Assembly: GCF_037042905.1 (NCBI RefSeq)
Contig: NC_087260.1
Location: forward strand, 22,444,001-22,508,000
DNA from: Lytechinus pictus
Lineage: Eukaryota
Length of the DNA: 64,000 bases
Direction of reading: 5' to 3'
The position numbers were made by a program, and so were the translations under genes. The notes under the pieces are model-generated. The model saw only the letters and a program-made list of their open reading frames with translations, did not search any database and was not told the DNA's origin. Within the stretch, counting starts at the first letter, position 1. Every line of letters begins with the position of its first letter. Below are positions 1-11,308 of this stretch, piece after piece.

Positions 1-1869
1 GATATTGCTGATTGACAAAAATGAATGAATATGATTGACAATCTAACACTGATTCTAGGGAGGGTACCTACTGAACTTCTTTTTCCAAATTGGAAAAATA
101 TATCACCACTATGGAACTAAATTTTTACTGGCGGAAGAATAAGGGCCATTTGACTCTCTCAAGTGATGAATTTGATCCCGTCAAGTGTAGTCTTCATAAA
201 TGCTGATTCATTTTTTAAATGAGCCGGTCGAGATACCCTTTTCTGGTCAGATATGGAATGTCAGACATTTATCCTATCCATAGTAAAGGAAAAGGTCCCA
301 GACTATAAGGGCAGAAAAATGACGTACAGATGGGGGCGGGGTAGGTCATGGACCCTCAAATTTCACAACCAAACAAAAAAATAATAAAAAGGTTCCCCCC
401 ATTTATATCTTAACTAAAATTTGATTTTTTATTTACTAACCGAATTACTATTTCCTTGAAGCTGTGATTTCTGACAAGATATTGCGTAAAGTAATCGTAC
501 GTATCATTCTCTGCCACCCATGTCATGAATGCCTCACAGTTGTACGAAATAAGAATTGAGTAGAGCATAAAGAATTCATGATTTGAATAATTATTTGAAT
601 TATTGAAACACAATCACAACGTAAATTGAATTGGAGTATATTATCATACTGCTGATTTGAGTAATGAAAATTTGATTTGTTCGATCTAAGTTCTTCTTCT
701 ATACAACCATTTCGTCTACTAACAATTCCATTTCGAAGTGCTATTAGCACATCACCATTTAGCCTGATATCTATTTAGGCTATCATCATTTCGTCTAATG
801 CCCACTTGGTCTAATATCAATTAGTATAGGCCCTATTTTGATTGATTTTTTTTAAGTGTAGAACATCTAAAGGGGTGATTATAGGCTAACAACGGTGTAC
901 GCAGTCGTAATAAGACCAAGTTTGATATAGACCTAACGGCAGTCTTTGGTAGTAGGTTAAATGGACTTGTGGTAGTAGACTTTATGAGAAGTACCACGCT
1001 GTATGAAACAAAACTGCCAGGGCACTGGGAACGATTCTTTTGACTGTGGGGGTGCTGATAAGAAGAAGAAAAAAGTTTTCATTATAAAATGTAGGCAAAT
1101 TGTTTCACAGAAATTTGAAAACAAAAAATAAATAAATAAATAAGATTTTAGAAATCGCTACAAAATGAAGGTCATTATGCATACATTTTTAAAATTGTAC
1201 AAATCTTCCAGAATGCCTGGGGTTGCTGCCTAATACACGCAGCACCCCAATGATTTTTTTGGGGTGCTTTCCAGGGCCATGAAAACTTCAACTCACCCTC
1301 CATCTCTCCCCTCCTCCCCCTCCCTCTCTCACCACCCTGACTATATATCTTACACCTGTTCATAAATATGCTATATCAATATAAAGTCAACATTACTGAT
1401 TATATCTATTTTACACCTGTTTGCAACTAGTAATTCAAGGTTCACATTAATGATTAATGATTCTGTGTCAAATGATTATAATGATTCTGTGTTAAATTAT
1501 TAACGATTCTGTGTTAATAATTGTAGGGAGAATGCTCACATTTTCTTCATCTGTAACTATGCAATCGGATGACTTGAATTTAAAACATTCTGCTACACTT
1601 ATTTTCAAATCCACTAACTGAACAAGACGACATATAAAATTAGACCCAACAACTATGATTTACATGGTGTCTGTAATAACTGTGAATTTGGCGTGGAAGA
1701 GCTTTCACAATAATCAGCATTGCACATTATTCTTTTTTCACCGTTATTGATCTCGACAGAGTAAGTACAGCTCAATTCTTATATGACCCTCATCTCTTGA
1801 TGAACGAAGGATAACTTCCTTGTCTTCATTTAACCATAAAAACTTTCCTAACCTATTACTCGATATATA

Positions 1870-4211
1870 CACAACAAAAAAGTAAGTCCCCCTTGAACAA
1901 ACATCAATAATTTCCGAACCAATGCGAGTTTTTGATATATTTTTACATGAGCTTGTAGGTAATTTTATAAGCTACCATCTGAGTAAATGTTATGGGCTTT
2001 CTTTACGTCATGCTTCAGTGAGCACCGTCAGAAGAAAAAAAGTCACTTTTCAAAAATCACAAGCCAAATATCATGACTTTGAATCCATTTTATTGGAACT
2101 GATTCCACATTCTCATCATGAAAAATAGTCAGAAGGCTTGTAAAAGGTACTTTCTAAAAGACGATACAACTTTTTTGGCTAAATTTCACGGTTGAATAAA
2201 CACAATTCCCAATTTGCTATAATTGGAATTTTTACACATTTTTATCAATAAAAATGATAGAATATTATGACAATTATTTTTGGGAAGAGTATCTTCAACA
2301 ATATTCATCGTTTCACGGTTCAATGAACATTTATTGAAAACAAAAAATACGATTTTCAAATATCATAGGCAAGTATTGTTTCATTTTGGTAACTGAAACT
2401 GATCTTTTATCAACTTTTTCGTTATGTTCATGACCAATTAACATGCTTCAATGATTCAAAGGCGTTTAATTAAACATTCACGCTTGAATGAACATGTGGA
2501 ATGTGATTAGCTCTTTTTTACGTGATTGGAAAAAATGCAATTTGTAACTATGGATATCTGTCACAAACCTCCTTGCATGGTTCATTTGATTTGATTTTTA
2601 TGAAAATCCCGATGTTTAATGCATCAGTGAGCACACAATATTAGAAAATTATGCAAATGAGAAGAAAGTTCAAGACCTTGGCCCCACTCTGTGCCGTATC
2701 GAATTGTTATTTTGGTGTGCGTGCCTTTTGGATAGTGTTACTCTGAAGCCATGTGCGAAGTTTCATGAAATAACTCTTGGCAGAAGTAACAAAAACCGTC
2801 CATGAAACAAACCCTTATTTCATATTTGTTCAAATTTTGACTTACTCTCTCATAGACTTGTGTACATTATGGGTGCATATGTTTAAGAATAAGTAACCCT
2901 TATTCAATATGGTGGAACTTTTTTCAAGGCTGTTTTTAGCAATATCATTTGGCAGTAATGTTTATCAACCTATGGGCAGAAATCTGTGCAAACTCTGAAG
3001 CCATGTGCGAAGTTTCATGAAATAACTCTTGGCAGAAGTAACAAAAACCGTCCATGAAACAAACCCTTATTTCATATTTGTTCAAATTTTGACTTACTCT
3101 CTCATAGACTTGTGTACATTATGGGTGCATATGTTTAAGAATAAGTAACCCTTATTCAATATGGTGGGACTTTTTTCAAGGCTGTTTTTAGCAATATCAT
3201 TTGGCAGTAATGTTTATCAACCTATGGGCAGAAATCTGTGCAAAAATGAAATCGATTTGTTTATTTATGGATGAGTGAGCACGCATCAAAGTGGGAAAAT
3301 TGGTATTTTCAATGTCACAGACTCATTTTAAAGGGCATTAAGGTGAATATTGGGGGCAAATTCGGTTTCAAATGTGACTTTAATTGCTGTTGTTTTTATC
3401 ATCCATCATTTCTATCTCCACACACTTTCCGAACTTTTAACATTTTCATGGTTGAGCGAGCACATTCGAAAACTTAGGAATGAATACTCTTTATACTGCA
3501 TAAATGTATTCTTTTCCTAACAATTTCTCATGATCAGTTTAACTTATGGACAAATCTGGGGTGGATCCAGAATTTAAAAATGAGGGAGGGGCCTAAAATC
3601 GGGGGAGCCACCAACATTTTCAAATGTTAATTTGACCTAACAAGTTGTAGAGGATACTACCAAAGACACCTATGATGATACGTGACAATACAGAGGCCGC
3701 GGAACGGTTTTCAAAGTGTGGGGAGGGGCTTAGCCAAACGTGAGGGGGGGGGGGGACCATGCAAAAAATCACAATCGTATGGTCTTTTTTACATTTTTGT
3801 ACATGCTTTTGGAAAAAAGTGGGGGGGGGGGGGCTCCAGCCCCCATCCCGCTTCTTTGGCCCCTGCAATATTGTGCTCACTCAACCATGAACATACGAAT
3901 TCAAAATTGTGTGTGGAGTGGCTAAATGATGGATAGTAAAACAGCATTAACATAATAAAATTCACCTAACAACAACTTTTGCCCAACTTTGTATTTGCAC
4001 AATCTGAAAAACGACTCTTGTGACTTTTAAAAATTGTCATTTTTAATTCAATCTTTAATTACTCATGCATGACTCAACCGATCAATCTCATTTTCCCCTA
4101 GAAGTTGCCTAATGAGTGTAGAAAACCACCTACGAAATATCATATCTCAAAATAATTCCGTTCAAAAGTTACAGCAATTTGATTTAGGGGGGACTTACTT
4201 TTTTTGTTGTG
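1870..4211. mobile_element. Non-autonomous Tc1/mariner-type DNA transposon (~2.3 kb)
   Basis: TIRs CACAACAAAAAAGTAAGTCCCCC (1870-1892) and GGGGGACTTACTTTTTTTGTTGTG (ending 4211), each flanked by TA. No transposase ORF. Contains an internal 252-bp duplication and a GC-rich insert near 3690-3865. Confidence 0.75.
2741..3244. repeat. Near-perfect 252-bp tandem duplication
   Basis: 2741-2992 and 2993-3244 both start CTCTGAAGCCATGTGCGAAG and are almost identical (one visible mismatch, GGAAC/GGGAC). Confidence 0.9.
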
Positions 4212-5368
4212 TATATATTAATACTTAGCCTGTATCAAAGAAATAGATATACCCTAAATCACTGTGAAAGAATGAAAATTCTTTTTTATTATTATTTTCA
4301 AAGCAAGCATGTATGAGAATATGCTCTACAAATAAGAACTATGCTTCAGTAGTTGTGAATCAAACAATACACTTTGGCTGACATCACCATTGTTCAGATG
4401 GGATTTGAGAGTCGGCTTGATCGCTTTGCATTAATCATATATTTTTTTATCTGTAATTTATATTTTTTACAGACTAAGTTTTTACTTTGCTCTAGATGAT
4501 TTGAATGCTATATTCTGTATTTTTTGTACAATTTGTTGCATTATAAAAAATTATATGACTTTGTGAACAGCTGAGTGTTTTGTTGATATACTATTACTTG
4601 TATGATTTTGAACTGAATGATTTTAATTAAATACTATTTAAAAAATAAGAGTCACAGGCCTAATTTCATTTATGTTATGAGGTAAATCGTTTGTCAGTCT
4701 AAATCTTTTGATTTCATGCAAGTGTATACTTCATTAGAAATTGAGAAACTACATGGGACTGAATAAGCAGTACATTCAGATCTCCTCAAGAGGAGATTTA
4801 TTCTTTTTCACCACAATGCAATAATAATCATTTGCTCAAAATTATACTTTATTATGTAATGAGTTAATCTTTGAATTCATCTTAATGCGCATTATTAAAA
4901 ACACACTTTTATTCAAGGATTATCTGCAACGTTCTGCACGGACATAGTCCTGACATTGATGTCTTGAACTGAATCGAAGGACTAAATAAACTAGGACTCT
5001 GATGGAACTGCACAAGAAGTAAACCAAGTCAACCCTCATGAAATATATACAGATATCGATACACGTATCTTTATGAAAGAAAGACTTCAATCTCATTGGC
5101 TACTCTGCAAAAAGTGACTCCACTACGTGAATACCTGTGATTAGTTGAAACAGGTTGGATCAAGTGACGTTTTGATCTTCATATTTTGGATATTATCATG
5201 AGAACTTAAAAACTGCTACACTACCATATAACTTATTTTGTGTGTAAACCACTGTAATCCAATTTGTCACATGTTATTTCAATCATACATTTCGGTAATC
5301 TAATATACATGAATATTGTAATACAATCTTTATCTTTAAGTCTGAATTGTTACATTTACAAAAGCAAA

Positions 5369-6457
5369 ATGACAAAACTCATTATTTTGATGACTTTTCT
5401 TATTGCCCATGTGTATGAAGCTAAAGGAATATCCTTAATGCAGGGTCAAGAAGCCAACTTGATCTTCCAATATCCTTGTGATAGTTCAAAAGTAACATTA
5501 CAACAATCTAACAGACTGCCATTTTATAAATCAACAGAAGGGTCATCACTGTCTTTGCCTGCAAATCAGGCTCATAGATTTGAGGTTAATAATATGATTA
5601 TCAATGGGAGCTGCTATCTGTATCTTACGATAAAGGATCTAATGAGAGATGATCAAGGAACATTCATTTTGTTTGTTTACAAGGATAGGGATATACTAGG
5701 TGATAATACACATAGAATTTACCTGAAGGTAAACTGTCCCCCTGAGAAAGCACGTTGTGTTCTGGGGGAAGATTATGGTAGAGGATGGGTAGAGGTAGAC
5801 TGCACAGCCAATGCTGGAAGTCTACCAGGGAAGATTGAATGCTATCAAAATGGTTTATGGATGCCTCACTTAACAGACCCTGTTCTGACAGGCCCTTTAT
5901 TGAAACAGACTATTCTCATCAGGAAATCACAGCCAGCGTTTTGTTGCTCTTCTGCTTTGAATGCAAATAAATCAAGCTGTGAATGTGATGATACTTTGTT
6001 GTATCAAGATGTATATCAGAGGAAAGACCCTTGTCCTACCATACCAATCACAACACAAAAATCAACAGATCATACAGACACGGTAACGTTTATAACCACT
6101 ATGACCTCTACAGACTACCACTTATCAACATCCGCTTATGCAATAAAAATGTCAAGAAATGAACGAAAAACAATAGGCCTAATCATAGTTTGTGCCATTA
6201 CAATAGTTTTGGTCATATCATTAATATTTGTAATTATCCGTTGTGCCTACATAGAACAAAAGCTCAAGAATAGGAATGTTGCATCAGAACATCCATTAAA
6301 AAATGTTGATAGTGATGCTGAAGAATATATTGAACTGAATCCAAAACAGGATATGCCCCGTTGCAGCAAGGACCTCAAGAAATTTGCAGACATCCATGAT
6401 AAACTGAAAACATTTGATAAATTAAAAAAAAATGAATATATTGTCAGGACACTATGA
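5369..6457 (+). CDS. Single-exon type I transmembrane protein, 362 aa: atypical Ig-like domain, Cys-rich domain, Thr-rich stalk, TM helix and Tyr-motif tail
   Basis: Long ORF in AT-rich DNA. ATG 5369 begins signal peptide MTKLIILMTFLIAHVYEAKG. V-set-like motif LTIKDLMRDDQGTFI; Cys-rich second domain; stalk PTIPITTQKSTDHTDTVTFITTMTST; TM IGLIIVCAITIVLVISLIFVII; cytoplasmic EEYIEL. Confidence 0.85.
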   Translation: MTKLIILMTFLIAHVYEAKGISLMQGQEANLIFQYPCDSSKVTLQQSNRLPFYKSTEGSSLSLPANQAHRFEVNNMIINGSCYLYLTIKDLMRDDQGTFILFVYKDRDILGDNTHRIYLKVNCPPEKARCVLGEDYGRGWVEVDCTANAGSLPGKIECYQNGLWMPHLTDPVLTGPLLKQTILIRKSQPAFCCSSALNANKSSCECDDTLLYQDVYQRKDPCPTIPITTQKSTDHTDTVTFITTMTSTDYHLSTSAYAIKMSRNERKTIGLIIVCAITIVLVISLIFVIIRCAYIEQKLKNRNVASEHPLKNVDSDAEEYIELNPKQDMPRCSKDLKKFADIHDKLKTFDKLKKNEYIVRTL

Positions 6458-7039
6458 GGAAGTATGAAATATACATATTCAGATAAATTCATCCAAAATA
6501 AAACTACCAAGTCATTCTTTTCCATATTATGTTTTGTATATGTATTACACAATAGTATTCTGGAACTGGGATAACTCCCTTCAAGCTCCTTGTAGCTTTT
6601 TGGTTTTCCCATATTTCTCTTACAACATAAGTTTTATAATTTCAAATTCATATACCTATTCACTATATTATTGATTCAATTATAATGTTTTTATTGTTTG
6701 AATGTATATATTTTGTAGTGTTTTTATCATGAGAAATAAGTTCTACCAATCAATCAATCAATCAATCATTTTCAACTTACTAAAACATGTCGAAATTCAT
6801 TGTTTTGGTACATGACTTGTATGATATTGTATGTCACACGCATTTTTTGTTAGATTTAATTGATTTAGAGAAAATTCATCTTGAAAACCAAGACATTGCC
6901 GTCACAATGAGTGAATTTTTAAAACACATTTTCTGAATATCATGAGTTTTATCGCATATGTTATGTATTACAGACTTGCTGTGACCTATACGATACGATA
7001 AGAGTTTTGTATGTTACATATTTTAATTTGTATAGGAAA

Positions 7040-7720
7040 TACTATGATAAGCTTACATGTATATATATATCTGTTATTTGTTACACCCATTAAGTGGATT
7101 TGTTCACACTATGCATTCTATGACAATATTTGTATTTTTGAAATATTTTAGTATTCATCGGGAATAGGGCCGCCATCAATTACAAGCTTTACCGCTCACG
7201 ATGGCGGTCTCCTGCGTTCATTTGTTAATGTTCCTTTTTTTATCATTAAAATGTAAAGTATATGCCCAAACCATTTTTTTAAATGATGTATTACGTTTAT
7301 ATTGTATACATTATAGATTATTTTGTATATTGCGAAGAATGTAAATAATTTTGATAATTTATTGTGAACACAGAAATAAAAATAAAACAAACAAACAAAA
7401 TATTATTACGAGCTTCTATAAGTAATGTGTTACTGACTTGCAGTAGATCTATTTACACTATGATATTATTTGTATTTGACAAATGTTTTAATATTCATCG
7501 GGAATATTATTATGAGCTTCTATACGTTATGTGTTACTGACTTGCAGTGGATTGTTTACACTAACAATATTTGTATTTGTGAAATGTTTTAATGTTATAT
7601 CGGTAATATCACAATGAGCTTCTATATCTGTTATGCGTTACAGAATTACACTGGACTTTTTACAATATGACTATTTTTGCGTTAGTGAAATGTTTCAATG
7701 TAATAATAATGGGAATATCA
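7040..7720. repeat. Degenerate AT-rich tandem repeat (~120 bp units)
   Basis: Recurring GAGCTTCTATA...TGTGTTACTGACTTGCAGT...ATTTGTATTT...AAATGTTTTA...TCGGGAAT blocks near 7050, 7410, 7515 and 7615. Confidence 0.65.
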
Positions 7721-10331
7721 TAATACTATGTATCTCTCATATCTCATAATGTTTACACTTATTGCCCTTTTTTAGAATATGATAATATTCTTCCTAGTAA
7801 GTAAAATATGAAAAGAATTCCAAAGCCCTCAAAGATTTTCTTCACTTTCCCAATAACATGAGTTCCCATTTGAAGTTCTCTGAGTTTTCAGGTCGATTAG
7901 TTGGTCTCATATTAGTAGGTAAGAATACACTATATACTCAAACGATACCATGCATGTGCACAAAGATGATTTTGTTGTCCTATTGTTTTTTCATTGTTTA
8001 ATAGTTGCATGTCAATTATTTTTTTTGTGCAAAATTGCAGATGGGATAAGAAGGGAAATAGGTATAGAATCACCAAAAAGAGGGGAAAAAACTATTTTGA
8101 AATTTCCAAGCTTTGTACCGGACTTCAGTTATTCAATGATAGAAGAAGAAATAGTCAATTTCACGTTAAGATGCTATAGAATCAAATGTGATTGTCAAGC
8201 CCGAGTTGCGTCAAATGTTTTGGCTTGGATGACGGATGGATTATAATGTACAAATATATACATGCCTTTTGAAAATGTTAAAAATAGCAATAAATACATG
8301 TAACTTACAAAACATGATTTCAGTGTGCTTATTTTGGGAATATCCTGGCGAGTTCATCTCTATCTCTGGTTTTGGATCAGGAGACATAAGAAAGCTTCTC
8401 CAGCAAAGAGCCTGGTCCCCTTGTCCCACCAATCTGGCTTGCTGGATCAGGCACTGTACTATCTTACAGATTCTGGTCCATGAGAGATGGGCAGAGAGAA
8501 AGAGAGAGAGAGAGAGAGAAAGAAGGTGGGGGGGGGGAGCGCGGGGAGGGATAGAAATAGACACAGAGACAAGTAGGGTAAAGAGAGGTAGAGATGATGG
8601 GGAGAGGGACATAATAAAGAGAGAAATAAATTAGGATTGTTGTTCAAAACGGAGAAAAGGAGGAGAAAACAACAAAAGGGAAAGTGAGAAAATGAGGCAC
8701 TTTTTGCAAAACATACGGTCTAATGGATTGAAATTATATTAAGAACAAAATATAAAAAGGGGCAGACAGAGAATGAGAGGAAGGAGAGGAAAGAATGAGG
8801 ACAAGAGAGGAAGTAAAAAATCGAGAGACAAATCAATGATTAAAATATAAAGATCATGAGAGATAACTGAATGAATAAGCAAGAGAGAAATAAAAGAGGG
8901 AAATGGCAAGTAAGAGATAGACGGGCAATATGACAGAGAAAAGAGGCAACTGCCCCCCCCCCCCGTGCTGCTTACGGCCATGTTCATTTACCCTAAAACA
9001 ATAACCTATTTATTCTTTAATCCTTTAATAAAACGCTCCCCAGGATCTTGGTTTATTGTTTTCTGAATTAAATATTGACCGAATTTGATTCAAAAGCTTA
9101 AACACACACGCATGCACACCACCCCTCCCGTATGTAAGTGTGTTGCCTCTTGTTCTATGCCCGTGTCATCTCCTTCGTCTGGTGGTCTGGTCTCATCTGA
9201 GTCTAATCTAATAGTTCTCTATAGCCAGTTCGCCTACTCGGCCTATAATCATTTGGTCTATAAGAACCCGGTCAGCAGTTCGAAGTTTCGAAGCTGACGA
9301 AATGTTGAAAATATGCCCCGTTTGTTCAGTCCAGGACGAAACTACTGTTTTGATTCACCAAGTTTTCGACGAAGACTCCTTTGAAAGACATTTGAGAATA
9401 CATTTTCTTTGTTTTTGAAAGCGTTCTGCGTGGTAGTGCGAAAACTCCCTAATATAACTGAACATGCCCCCTTCCCTCCACCTTCCTCCCCTCTCTCTCC
9501 CTCTCTCCTCGTCGTGCCCCCTCTCTCACGACCCCCACTCTCTCCCCGCTCCAGTTTCTCTATTCATATCGAACAACCATCTTACCACTTTTAATCAAAT
9601 TTCTCAGTCCTCTCAGATTTCATTTCATATATTAAAAAAATAATCGAGTCGGCATTTACAAAAATAAGCTCCCATTCATTTGTCATACATCTCTACATGG
9701 CGGGGACATAAACAAAATACGTCAATACGTTACTTCATTTATTTTTTGCTATAATTTATTCATGGCTAATAAAGATCAACATTTTTCTTAATGGAGAGTA
9801 AATAATCAATGGCGAACAGATTAGGCGCTTGGGGTCATAGACCCTCAAAGTTTCAAAACCAAGAAAAGAAAGAGAATAAGAAGGGGAAGTGTGAAATGTA
9901 TATTATCTCATTTTCTGCATGAATATTATATAAAAATCTATCACAAAATTTATTTGTTTTTTTTTTTCTAACTAAGGATCAAACTTTGGCTTCCTGGCTT
10001 ACCTCGAATGAAGCTTTTCAGAAATTGTGGCCCATGCCAAATGTCTGACCCGCTCACAATTGTTGGCTCATTAAAGTTCACTGCATAAAACTAAAATATG
10101 AATATGATTATTTTAACATTATGAAAACTTTCAATGGTTCTGTAATATATACTGATAACCTAATTAGACATTTCGCTTTAAAGATGGGGAGGCGAGATCA
10201 TTTTCCTTGAAATGAAAACGGGATTGTGATCTTTGAACACCTTGATTGGCCACCATTCACAAGAAGATTAAAGGGAGGTGGCCAGTGGGTATAGAAACAG
10301 ACTGGGTGACTTAACAGTACGTTGAGTTATC

Positions 10332-10500
10332 TCTAATACCTCGGACACATTTGATCTACGGCGGCCGTACGGCTAGTCGAAAACTGTTTCATTCATTTTA
10401 ATTCAAACCATCTATTTGTAGCTGGTACAAAACATGTTGAAACGGCTGTTTTCGACTCGCCATACGGCCGCCGTAGAGCAAATGTGACCGAGGTATTAGA
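10332..10500. mobile_element. Palindromic MITE / hairpin
   Basis: TCTAATACCTCGGACACATTTGATCTACGGCGGCCGTA... is matched by ...TACGGCCGCCGTAGAGCAAATGTGACCGAGGTATTAGA. Confidence 0.75.
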
Positions 10501-11308
10501 TAAAATATATATTCAGAACGAAATTTATTTTGCTACGAAGAAAAAGGCTGAGGTAGAAGAGCTCTATAAGCGACTCAATATATTTTCACATCATAATAGG
10601 GGCAGTTACAAAGGAAAAAGTGACAACACTAAAATCAATATATGACAGGGTTCTACCATTTTGAGCCTTATCGCTTAAAATATTAGAATTGCAGACTAGG
10701 TTCAATGTTTTAGTTGTCAGTCGTCCATTTTCTTCGGTACAATCTGCAAGGTAAAACGAAATATATATATAAAACACGGTTACACGCAGTCAAAATAATA
10801 ATTACTAGTGTAATGTGAAGGAATCTCCCGTTTGTTACATATAGATTAAATTATCAGGAATGATTAAAAAATATATTATGTAATTGAGAAAAGTGGATGA
10901 GTTGTTCCATGCAACCCTACATCATATACCGTGTACACATTTGAAATCATTTTCCCTTGTAAGGATGGCTTAGCTCTGGTAGGGTCTATTAATCTTTTAA
11001 TATAACTATATAGTAATTATTTATTTTAATTATAAGGCATGTTTCAGAATTCTACATGCATATTCAAGTTAATATATTTTTCAGACAAAAAATAGTTTTA
11101 ATCATGTACAAAGAAACCAAGTTTTGAGAAATAATAATAACCAGTGGTTATAAAACAAAAAATAAGATCTTCCGAATTACTTGTGAATATTGTAATTTCT
11201 ATCCTGATTATCTACAATTTTAGATATTAAAAAAATATTTTATGTTGTTTTGATTACGAAATAAAAAAAAAAACTTTTTTTTAAATAGAGAGAAGAGAAA
11301 TATTTACT

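Noticed and set aside
5264-5368. Upstream extension of the Ig-like ORF shown in the track
   Set aside because: It starts at a non-ATG codon; the signal peptide begins at ATG 5369.
7950-8987. Several 60-130 aa ORFs
   Set aside because: Purine-rich (GA)n low-complexity sequence with no domain signal.
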